DNA of 64,000 nucleotides. Source: Guillardia theta CCMP2712 (taxonomy: Eukaryota; Protista; Cryptophyta). Below the pieces are notes generated by a model. It saw only the letters and a list, made by a program, of their open reading frames with translations. It had not been told where the DNA came from and did not search any database. Made by a program: the position numbers and the translations under genes. Shown here one piece after another: positions 15,369 through 26,470 of this stretch (position 1 is its first letter; each line of letters opens with the position of its first letter). Location: positions 963,582 to 1,027,581 of the forward strand of contig NW_005434669.1 of the NCBI RefSeq assembly GCF_000315625.1, written 5' to 3'.

Positions 15369-16599
15369 TTTGACGGTTTCTCAACTTTGTTGCAGTACTG
15401 AAAAATATTGATCAGAAGACCACATAGCAAGCGAAGTTCAATTTCATCAAATTATAATGAGAGAAGAAAGAAGTTCAAGTGTAGAAGAATTGAGTTCACA
15501 ATTCATCGCAATGAGGATTCCAACCTTTCTTTGTCGAAGGACCTCCCGTGTTGCACAGAACAAACTAACCCCAAGTTTGCTTCAGTTGATCTCTCCTAGT
15601 GACAAACAGGACGCACTTGCAGAGTGCAAGCTGACTTATGCCCTGTTTCCTCAACTGATTGGCGCCTTTCTGGCAATGATATGTCTCCTTTCACTCTCTT
15701 CCTTTCTTCTCAAGAGCGACAAGTGCTTCGTGAGCAGAGGAGGGACAACTTCTGTTTGAGCTGAAGGGTGGTAGGGGTTCGTTCCCCTCGGTTCGAGGGG
15801 TAGAGGTGCTGTGGTGGTGGGTCATCATGGGGTGGTACGAAAAATGACCGGTAGTATTATTCATGACACCCGTAATATTCTGAGTAAATAAAGCAATATA
15901 TACACGGTAGGGTGTATGACCCCTACCATCGTTCCTGGTAGTTTTCTGGTCAAGGTGGGTGAAGGTGATGGGTTTTTGAATTAGTTTCCCTTGTGGAGTG
16001 AGGAGAATTCCTCCACGGCATGGTAGGGTTGGTCTTATTCCGAGGGGGTAGATATTCATGTATGGTATTCAAAAGGGGGTGGGGGTATGAAGAAGGATAG
16101 AACAGGTAGGAGGGTTATATGTTCAATGGGGTACTTTTAGTAGTTTTGTCGGGGTCTTGTCATGGTGGGTACTAGAACTTTTCCATACCCCCTGTGGTAG
16201 TTGACCAATTCGAAGGGTCAGAGAAAATGGTAGGGGTACCAGAAGTTGGGGTAGTCACGCATTTGGAGAAGGGATGGTGCACTGCATGACACGTACGGGG
16301 TTCTGCTGTTGTATCAGCGTAAAAGAGTGGGTGGGGGTTATTCATGACCGGTGATGATAAGCCTTTTTGATAAGGAAAATGACGGTAGGGGTTCATTGAA
16401 GCACCCTACCACTGTGTGAATCATCCAGGGTGTCCTGGTGGGGTGTCCCCACCCACCAACGACCTCCTCACCAAGTTTTCAATTCTCTGATGGCCACCCC
16501 ACAATTTGTAGTCATGAATGGGGGTAGAGGGAGGAGTTGCAGAAGGAAGTTTGAAATTCACATACCGAAGTTCTGCAAAAGTTTGGATGCTGCAAAATC

Positions 16600-17050
16600 T
16601 TCGGGCCGTGACCGTACTCGGAGTCCGGGCCGGCTCACATAGACGGTCACCGGGTCACCGAGCCGGGAGTCACTGCGAATCGGTGCACGGTGATCATCAT
16701 CACTGGCATCATGCCGACGGTGCCGGGGGCATGCCGACGGTGCCGGGGGCATGCCGACGGTGCCGGGGGCATGCCGCCGGCCCGGGCCGTGACTCAGCCG
16801 GCCCGGGAGCTGAGTGCCAGCCGGGCTCGGGAGGCCGCGGCCGCTGCCCCGAGTCGGAGGCCCAGGCTTCCGAATCCGGCGTCGGAGCATCCGATATCCG
16901 GGCGGGCCAATCAGATGGCATGATCGGGCGGCAACATTCCACCGTTTACCGTGAGGTACTAGGCTGAACTTGGCGGCACTGATGATAGGCCGCGGCTCCC
17001 GGTCGGACAAGCGGCGGCCGGTACGGTCAGTGTCCGAGACACCGTGACAG
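16600..17050. other. GC palindromic island containing a 20-bp tandem repeat
   Basis: atgccgacggtgccgggggc x3 at 16711-16776; CCGG/GTGAC/TGACTCA words. Confidence 0.75.
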
Positions 17051-17277
17051 TTAAAGCTGTTCTGTAACCAACTTTGTTTGATGGCATTTAATCATTCTTC
17101 GATTCCTCTAGACATCACAGTCTTTACATGCCGCCCAGTGCCAAACTTGCCGCCGCTCCCCGCAACGGCAGTGAGCTTAGCAATGATTTCCCTCGGGCAC
17201 TGATTCGCCCATCATGAAACTAACTGGGCCGGGCCTTGCTCTCTCCAAGTCCATTGATATCATTTTCCGCCCATGTC

Positions 17278-18879
17278 TCAATTCTTTTTCATCTCATCTT
17301 TCATCCTGCAAAGAAGTCAACTCTGCGGCAGGCTGCTATTCAACGACAGGACATATGTTGACTCACTTCTGAAGTTCGGCATCTAGTTCTAGACTCGAGC
17401 TTGACAAAGACTTGGGAGCAGAGGAGCCTCCGATGGCACCCTTAAGAGCAGCAAGGTCGTCCTCCACCTGATCAAGGCAACAATAAGACGCCTCATTTCC
17501 AAAGAGGAGGAGAAACTGACCTTAGAGCTCGACTCCAAGGCCTTGAAGCGGCGCTCCATGCCTGCAGAGCCGAATGAGTGTCTGCTCAACCAATCAGCAT
17601 TCCTCACTTGAATCGCCGGACAGCTCTCTTGCAACTTCAGCCTCCGCTTCCATCCTCTCCACCTGACAGGTACTGTAAGCAAAGAGCAGAAAACATAACA
17701 CAGCACAAGTCACCTTGTCCTGCATCCTATTGAACGCCTCCAGGGCACCAGCGCTGGAAGACCTTGACATCATGTCATTGATCTTAGTTGAAACCTGCGA
17801 CGGGATCATCGACCAGACAAAACACCTCTTCAACAGTGAAGAGATGAGGTTTACCTTGGCAGTCTGAGCACGAGCTTTGAGCTGATCTTTCTTGGCCTTT
17901 GCCTCGCTAATCTTCTGCTCGAGCTGCTGCATCTGATTGAAAAGATTCTGCACTGCAACCGTCTGCAAAGTATACAGCATGAATGGAGGATACTGCTATC
18001 ACACTACACCATTACCTGAGTCTCGAGCTGTGCTCTGAGAGAGTTAGATGTTTCCTCCTGCTGATTCTTGCGCTCCAATGCAGCTCTTGCAGCATCTTCG
18101 TCCCCCTTTTCAAGCGCCAACTTTGCACGCTTCAGCCATTCCTCAACCAACTGGTCGGCCTGCTGCTTCTGCTTTTCCAGCCTGGGGAACGAAAATAAGA
18201 TTTCATGTATAATCAGGTGGCATTCATTAGAATCAGCTGGACTGCCGTAGGGAAACGAAGGAAGAATAAATAGATGATGAAAGGGTATACGAAGGAAAGA
18301 GGAGTATACACCTTTTTGTGTTTGCTGCAACTTCAGCATAGGTCTGTCTGAATTCAATCAACTCTTTCTGCCACATTCATCAGGTTCACTTCTAGGAAGG
18401 ATATCAGATCGGATGACCTGCATGTCCTCAACAATCTGATTGAGCATCTTCTCAGGGTCCTCTGCCTTGTTAAGAAACTCGTTGACATTGGCCTTAAAGA
18501 GTCTGACGAAACGGTCGCCAATGCCTGATGATCGAGCGTAAGTACGAAACGCTTTTCAGGATTGCGAAGAAGGTAGAACAATTTTCAACATTTCAAAAAC
18601 ATCAACTCATAAGGGATAAAGATGAGGTATGGACAAGAAAAGCATGTGCTCACAAAGACAAAACAACCAAAAAAAACTCTACAATGTGAACATACCCATG
18701 TTGAGAGCGCACGCTCCATCACGGCGTCGAGAACCCGGAACTGGCAGGGCAGCAGGAGGAGACCTCAGGGTGATAGATGAAGGAGAACCAGAAGCTGAGT
18801 GGAGAGGAGTGGGGAGCAGGGAAGAGAAGGCGGCGGCTCCTTCCACCGCCGCCATCACCACAAACACTTTACGCAGCAT
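17278..18879 (-). CDS. VIPP1: VIPP1/IM30 (PspA family), plastid-targeted
   Basis: Leader MLRKVFVVMAAVEGAAA-FSS plus a Ser/Pro/Arg transit peptide; GDRFVRLFKANVNEFLNKAEDPEKMLNQIVEDMQ; EEWLKRAKLALEKGDEDAARAALERK; LEQKISEAKAKKDQLKARAQTAK; AFNRMQDKVERMEAEAE; MERRFKALE. Confidence 0.92.
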
Positions 18880-19787
18880 TACGCGCTTCAGTAACCTTAG
18901 GGATATCACCCCTATTTGTTTCACCCCCACCCTGATTATTCCATCTTATCACCCACCTTTGCTATATCATAGACCCCCCTAGCTTTTCAAGTACCCCCAC
19001 AATTGACGTGCTATCGTTCTGGAACCCCCTGACCACCCATATGGGGATGCCACCCTGTATCATGACCGTGTACCCCACAACAATACCCCACCTATCCCCT
19101 GTAGGCATGGCTATACTTTGCAACAAAGACCACAACCCTACCCACTGTTTTCTCTTCTTCTATGTTGTAGTTGACAGCTAGAAGGTAGTACCCCATCAAA
19201 ACAGCATTGATGGCTCTACACCCCACCCCTTAAAATTGTTTGTGTTCAAGACCCTACCCTCAGAGTCTAGCAATGTACCCTACCTCGTAACAATTTTCGT
19301 TCTTTTTCAGCATTTCAATTTTCAACCACATTTTCAGCTATTTATCTCAAATATATTCATTGCATCGCTTATTTTTCGAATTTTACATTGATGCAATTTT
19401 GAAATCTATTCATTTTCATCGGATTGGAGAAAGATTTGAATTCATTTTCATAGAATCTTCAAATGTAATACAATGCATTCAAACAGAATGAATTCAGCCG
19501 TCCTTTATAAGTAGGGACACATTGTAACCGAGCCGTTACAATGTTGCACGCTGCCCGGTGGCCCGGTGGCCCGGCCGGCCCGGCCCTTCCATTTGAGTGA
19601 TCACACTTCCAGAGGCGGGCTCGACAAGTCATCGAAAGTTCTGTGATTTTTTTTTGAGCTACACGTGCAACTGCACGTGCGGGGTGGGGGGCAGGGAATA
19701 AGAGGAGTGGGGGGGGATTGGTGGCGCTTGTCTTTTGGTGAGTGCCATGCGGGCGGGCGATGATGATGCTGTGATGGAGGTGAAGAG

Positions 19788-20293
19788 GTGCTGATGATGG
19801 AGCATGTGTCTGTCTCTTCCTCCTTCCCCCATCCTCACCCTCTCTGTTCCTCCTCTCCTCTCTCCATCACTCGTCGGATCCATCGTCCTCCCGCACCTGC
19901 CGTGTCCGAGAGGCGTGCATGTTGCCTGCCAGTCCTGTTTGTGTGTACTCGTCTCGTGTCCTTCGCCCGTGCTTCTCTAACGAGGATCCCGCAGGTTAAA
20001 CCCTTAGACTGCATTAACTTAATGTACAGCATTCCTCCAGTGATGATGCCAATCCCCCGCCCCCCCGGGTGGTTTCTATCGGTGTCTGTAGCGAGCGATG
20101 CCGCTCCTCGGAGTGGTCATGGCGAGCTGCAGCCTCGGTGATTTGGAGAGATAGCGGAGGAGGAATGCTCTTTGACCCCGAGAGAGGCTCGGTAGGGGGT
20201 TCGACTCCCCCAGGGTTGTGCGAGTTGAGAGGGGCAGTGGGACATGCTAAGGCTGATGTTGGTGATGTTGTGGAGGGTTCTGCAACATGTTGA
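19788..20293 (+). CDS. Possible small spliced hypothetical gene
   Basis: Overlapping short ORFs with a plausible acceptor (ccgcag at ~19995); no recognisable motif. Confidence 0.25.
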
Positions 20294-20725
20294 TGTTGAT
20301 GATGTTGATGTTGTTGATGCTGATTCTGTAACATGTTGAAGTATCTTGTAGTCCTGCTGCACAAGTGCGTACTTGTCACCGTGGCCTTTCCTGATCTGCT
20401 GTGTTATAAGCACAGGTGAAACAGGGTTCGTTTCGAAATCCCCTCTCACTTGCCAAACTTGTGGAATACTGGTATCGTAGGATCTTGACCGCTGGATTAA
20501 TCCCCTTGTAAGGAAGCCATTTGACATGTGGATAAGTAGTGCAACACCTCTCGTGGTTGAGCGTTCTGTTCCCTCGTCCAAATCCTTCCCTCACAGCTTC
20601 CCATCTCTATCGCTTCATGAAATGAAAGCACGGGAACTTTCATGAGCATGTAGAGCACAACAAATAAATTCACATCGGCATCGTTGGTTTCCTTTTGCTT
20701 TCATATCACAAAAGCACAGCTTCTT

Positions 20726-23700
20726 CTACATGCTGATGTCCCGCTCGCTGGCGTTTGCTTCCAACCTCCTCTTGATGGATCGGAGAGCAGCAAGGTTGAA
20801 CCCAGTGCTGTCACACCGTTGCTGCAGCGATCTCTTTGTGCTGTAAACAGTTGTCAGTCTGACGTAGCTCATTCCTCTTCCCATCACCCTTCTATTCTCC
20901 ATTCCTATCGCCCTATCTCCCTATCGCCCATTCCTGTCGTCTCTTCCTGTCGACCCTTCCTATTCTCCGTTCTCGTTCCTTTCCATAGTCCCTTCCTCAC
21001 CCTCATCCTCTCAGATTTCCCATCTTGCTCATGCGGTCTCACCTTGAGCGTAGCGAGCGGAGCAGAGGTAGCGCGCTGCCAGTAGTCGTCAGCCTGCCAT
21101 GGTGGATCTTGACCACGAAGAGCACGATGCGGGAGAGCAGCTCGGCTTCAGCTGTCAGCGACTCTGCCATGATCTTGTCGATCCTCTCCAGCAGCGCCAG
21201 CACGTAGTCGAACGACAGTTGCATCAGCGCCGGCTCGAGCTCGCTGCTCCTGATCTGCTTCACTGCCTGCCGGAAGTACGCGTTGGGCGACAGGCCCAGC
21301 AGCATAGCGGCCTGGATGGCCGTTGGCTTCTCAGGGAACTGCGCACAGAGGTCGAGGGCCTCGGTGATCCTGTCCGCAGCATCCAGTACCTGCTTCGTCT
21401 GCTTGGCGACTGCAGCGGAGTCCTCGCCCGCCAGGACGGACTCTCCAGCAGCAGGAGCAGCCTCCTGCTCGTTGGCGTCGAGGAGGTCGTCGAGCTCCTT
21501 CTGCCTCTCCTCCTCTAGGTAGATGTGCTCCTCCGTCCTCCTCCATATTCTGACCGACCGATCGTGCGAGCCCGAGGCGAGGATGTCGCCTCTCGGGCTC
21601 ATGGCCAGGCACCAGATCTCTGCGAAGTGAGCCTTGATGGTCGTGATGAGTTGGAACTTGTCCGCGTCCCAGAATTTGATCTGCAGGAAGGATGAGACGG
21701 AGGAGGAAGGAGGGGGGAGGAACAAGAAAGGCAGGAGAGGAAGCAGCAAGTGCAGCAGGAGGAGAGCAAGTGCGTGGACGGGGCGAGAGATAGTCCATGG
21801 AAGGGTGAGGAAGTGAAAGGAAAGCAGAAAAAGACCGAGTATAACCTGCTTGTCTTTTCCCGCGCTGAAGAAGTAGTGGGTGCGAGGGACGAACTTGACG
21901 GCCATCACGTTGTCTCTGTGCGCGAGCATCGACTTGTGACAGTCACCGAAGTCGAGGCCCCAGATCTTGACGTTCTTGTCCGCCGAGCCAGAGACGAGGA
22001 GGGTGCTGTCCGAGGAGATGTCAAGAGAGAGGACTGGGAGCCGGTGGCCGTAGAGGGAGAGGAAGAACTTCATGCTGTCTGCGTAGAAGACTTTGATCGT
22101 CGTGTCTAGGAGGGAGGCCGTTAGGAACTTGGAGTCGGGGCTGTAGGAGACAGCAAGGATGTCGTCCTCCATCGTCACGGCCTTGTTTACCGCCGCCCCC
22201 AGTCGCGCTGGCTTGTCCTCCTCCTTCACGCTGCCGAACGTCCAGAACTTGAGCTCCTTGTCTGCTCCTGCTGTCACAAAGGTCTTCCCGTCAGGATGGA
22301 GGTGAAGCGCCCAGAGGGCCCCAGCATGCGCCGCGATGCTCTCAACGATCTCCGCGGCAGCGATGTCCAGGATGTGCAGCTCCCCCTCCTTCGTTCCCAC
22401 CAGCAGGTACTTGTCCCCCGGAGCGAAGCAGCAGCAGATGCCGTATCCTACCTCCCCGACTGTCCTGAAGCACTTGCCGCTCCCCAGGTTCCATACCTTG
22501 GCCTCCCCTCCGGCGCAGCTCGCTACCGAGAGTTCATCCCCGCTGATGGCGACGGCGCGGACGTCTGAGCGATGACCTGGGATGGTCAAGCTCGAGAGCT
22601 TCTTGGAGTCTGGCAGCTCCTTGCTGGCATTCACCTGTTGCAACTTCAAAACTTCCTCAAGACACCTTTCCTGCTGATGCTCCTCCTTGCTCCCAGCTTC
22701 CCTCCCTTTCCTTCTACTTCTCCCTTCTCCTTCCCGTCCCCTCCCCCTGTCACCCCTCTCCTAACTCCTCTCTACGTTACCCCCTTCCCTTCCCTTTCGT
22801 CTGCAACTCCCCCTTCTGCATCACTCCTCCTCCCAGTCTCACCTCCCACACTTCCACCGCGTTGTTGGTCAGGCAGGTCAAGATCTTAATCCTCTCCTGG
22901 GCCTCGCCCTTGCGCGTCGACACCATCCCCATAGCTGAGCGGATCTTGTTCGAGGTTGAGAAGAAGGAGATCGGTTGGAACAGATCCACAGCAGAAGGAT
23001 GGTCAGAACCCGCACCGTCTTGATGACCCCTCTCCTCCTTCCCCTCCTCCTCCTCGTCTCCCCCTCCCTCCGCTGCCTTCTGCTTCTGCCGCTTCTGCCG
23101 GCGCTTCATCTTCCTCACTGCATCCTCGTGCGAGCGGATCCGAAAGATCTGAACGTTCTTGTCCACCGTCTGGCACAAGAGGAACCTGCCATCACCGCAG
23201 AAGGAAAGCTTCCCGACACGCGATCGACTGCAACAACAACACCATCACTTTCCTCCTCCTCCTCTCCTCCTTCTCAACTCTGTTCTTCTGATCACTCGAT
23301 GACTACCCTACTTCCTCCCCTTCCAACTTCCTCCCTCCAGCACGCCACTCCCCCCCGCCCCCCCCGCCCCCCCCCTCCCTCCCTCCTCCCCCTCCCCCTC
23401 CGACAGAACCCACCTTGTCCGGATCAAACTTCCCACGAAAGAGATGTTCTCATCCTGCTGCATCTCGACTCCCGATCGCGTCATCGCGCTCTGAGCTTGA
23501 AGCTCCCACACTCGTAGCTCACCGTCTGCTCCCCCCGACACCATCCTCCTCCCATGCACGTCCACCGCCGTAGACCAGACTTCACTCCGGTGTCCCGTCA
23601 GCGTCTGCACACAGCACTGCTGATCGAGCTCCCAGACCTTGATCAGGGCGTCCTTGGACGAGCTGACTAGCTTGCCTGACCCCTCCCCGGCGAGGAAGTG

Positions 23701-24171
23701 AAGGCTCGTCACTGCGTCCTTGTGACCTCTCAACTTGTACAACCCGCTCTCTGCTACAACATCCCACACGATTATGTCTGTGTCTTGCGAGCCGGAAGCT
23801 AGCAAGGTTCCTTCCGCGTTGAAGGAGAGGCACAGGACGGCTGAGCGATGCCCGTCCAGTGACATCTGGAGAGAGGACGAGACCCTCGCCCAGACTTTCA
23901 CCTTCCCATCCTGATGGCCGGAGCATATCAGTCTTGCCTGCTCGTCCTTGGCCAGGCAAGTGATCTCAGAGTTTGTCTCGTTGTTGTCCTCCTTGAAGGT
24001 TGAGATTGGAGTAGAGGTCCGAAGGTTCCAGATAACCAGAGAGTCCAAGTTAGCCGTCAGCACAAGGTTCCCCGAGTCATCCACCCACAGGGCATCCGCA
24101 CAGCCGGCAGATGCGATCACTCCAAGGGTTGAGTTGTCAAGCAGGGAGTATCGCTGATACGCCTTGACCAT
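20726..24171 (-). CDS. WDR3: WD40-repeat SSU processome protein WDR3/Utp12/Dip2
   Basis: N-terminus MVKAYQRY; multiple WD repeats (GHRSAVLCLSF..LASGSQDTDIIVWD; KFFLSLYGHRLPVLSLDISSDSTLLVSGSADKNVKIWGLDFGDCHKS); Utp12 C-terminal domain ending GFNLAALRSIKRRLE. Confidence 0.95.
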
Positions 24172-24575
24172 CTCTCCTCAGTGTGCTCGTTGGCTGTTTC
24201 CACTGTTCCAACCTACTTTCGATCTTGACGCCTTCAAACAGCAGCACTATCTCAGCAATGATTGTTCCATACCTCTACTCTCCTCTCCTCTCCTCTCCTC
24301 TCCACTCCTCTCCTCTTCTTCGCTTCTTCTCTTCGCTCCTTCACTCGCTCGTTCAGTTATGTCCTGCCATGGAGGGCACGTGCAGTTCGCCCGATCAATA
24401 ACCGTTACAATTCTTCAAATACGGTTACAATTGATTTCTCGTTACATACGTTATCGTGTTTCCACCCCACCCCATCCATAGATACCCCTACCCCATAATT
24501 CAAGTTCAAATTGACCCCACCATCTAATCAGACAACAATACCCCTACCCCTCGTTCTGTTTGGCGGCTCTTGGCA

Positions 24576-26127
24576 ATGCGCAGGCTCAATCCGGCGATTG
24601 CGGTCGGCATCGCCGCAGCGACGCTGATGGTAAGAGAAGATGAGGAGAAGCTGATGGAGGAGAAGATGAGGAGAAGCTGATGGAGGAGAAGCTGATGGAG
24701 GAGAAGCTTATGGAGGAGAAGCTGATGGAGGAGAAGCATGGAGATCAGATGGTGGAGGTGGTAGATCAGCAGGAGCAGGAGGAAAGAGAAACTTTACTGG
24801 TAACACGAACAAAACTTTGGACAAGCAGTATTATGATGAAGAGGAGGAGCATGAGGAAGAAGAGATATTGGAAACAGATGAGCAAAACATGATGGATACG
24901 GGGCGGAGTTTATGTCCGTCAAGTCAATGGGGAAAGCATGATTCAGTTCAGAGTTAGAGATACCATGGAATCTCCAAGCAGCAAGATTTTCTAACTTCTT
25001 GGCAACAGGTCTCAACTGTGTTGATTTTGACCCAAGTGGACAACTACAGTGTGCTGGATGAACAGGTCAGGTGCTGCTGTGCCCATGAGCGGGGCCTGAT
25101 GTTGGCATCGAAGGACTTGGCTATCCCACGAGGAAGTGAGCGAATTGCGAACCTGCAGATGAAGATGGCAAGAGAGCATGTCAGTTGTCATAACTGTCCT
25201 CCATGACGAAGAGATCAGAAGCTGACGAACATCATGCACAGATGCAGCTTGCTGGGGGGCTGGGATCAGCTATCAGGACGATGGACAGAGCTGAACTTAA
25301 GAACAAGGCCCGTTTGCAGCGACTTGTCCACAGTGACTGGCAAGTCTCGCGATGATTCGTGACCAAGATCTGACAAGATCTCTTGGTTCAGGCTGCAGGA
25401 CATCTATGGCAAGGACACAACGTACGACCTCAACTACATCACCAGCTTGAAGCCGGGAGACGTGTCTGTAGCAGGTTGTGATACCATGTCTTGCTTATCG
25501 TTCCCGCTCACACTTTACTGCTCAGGATACGAAGGTCTGCCGCAGGAGAAGGGAGTAAGTGCAGGCTGTCTTCAATGTCCTTCCCTTGTCTGACGGCCTG
25601 CCCCCTCCTCAGGGTCTGCCGGACTCAAAGGAGCTCGCGGCTGCCGATGCCCTCCTTACTCATGCGATCTCCACACAGGTGATGTTGCAGGATCTTTCCT
25701 TGTCGCCGTCCTCTGATATCCTTGCAGACCATGCCGGACGGAATCGACAAAGTTTGGGACGGAAAGCCGTACGTGCCTGATGACGTAAGCAGCTCGGACA
25801 GGACGATCGGTGACTCAGTGGCTGAGATTTGGGATCAGGATCTCAAGGAGAAGCTTTCCAAGGCATGGGCTGGTTTCCATCAGGCTGTGGGCGAGAAGCG
25901 CTGGGAGAAGAAAGTCTACGAGAAGTGCGGGCAGGCTGGAACCCTCGACCCCGCTTGCCAGGAGGTTCTGGGTGGAAAGCATGAGGTATCTTTATCTCCT
26001 CTTCTTCTTTCTCTCCTCGCTGCGTCTCTTCTTGACCCTGTCACAGGGCTACGATACCAAGTGGGACGGTGAGCAGTGGACGCAGTGGAACGGGTTGGAC
26101 TGGGTAAAGTTGGAGCCTGACGCATGA
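24576..26127 (+). CDS. Hypothetical secreted or membrane-anchored protein, many small exons
   Basis: MRRLNPAIAVGIAAATLM followed by a GTAAG donor; later exons include LQDIYGKDTTYDLNYITSLKPG, TMPDGIDKVWDGKPYVPDD...AWAGFHQAVG and GYDTKWDGEQWTQWNGLDWVKLEPDA*. Confidence 0.6.
24640..24742 (+). repeat. 15-bp minisatellite (GATGGAGGAGAAGCT), ~6-7 degenerate units, probably intronic
   Basis: Direct inspection; begins just after the GT donor at ~24630. Confidence 0.8.
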
Positions 26128-26470
26128 GGGAGTGAGCGAGAGAGTGCTCTGATCCAGGGAGAGTGGTTGTATTGTGATAGCTGTAAACGTTTGTTGAATC
26201 GTTCTGACGGTGTAAGAAGAAGACTCGGTGGAGGAAGAGGGGGAAGGGGGAGGCAGGGGGAAGCTGCACGGGGCTCGTGGAGGTGCTACTGTGTATTCGA
26301 CAAGACCGGTAAATGCAACCAGAGGAGCGGAGAGCAGCAAGAGGATGGTTAGAACACGTCCTCCCCGCTATCAAACTGAAGAGTATTGACCGATAAGTCC
26401 TCGCTCGTGACGGGATTCCACAAAGACCAGAAGTTGCTGTCAGAAGAAGAAAAAGTCAGCCGTTTCTCTT

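Noticed and set aside
20129-20220. tRNA-like element: T-arm ggggg-ttcgact-ccccc preceded by the stem ccgag/ctcgg
   Set aside because: No canonical D-arm or 7-nt anticodon loop, and the acceptor pairing is poor; a tRNAscan-SE hit would be needed.
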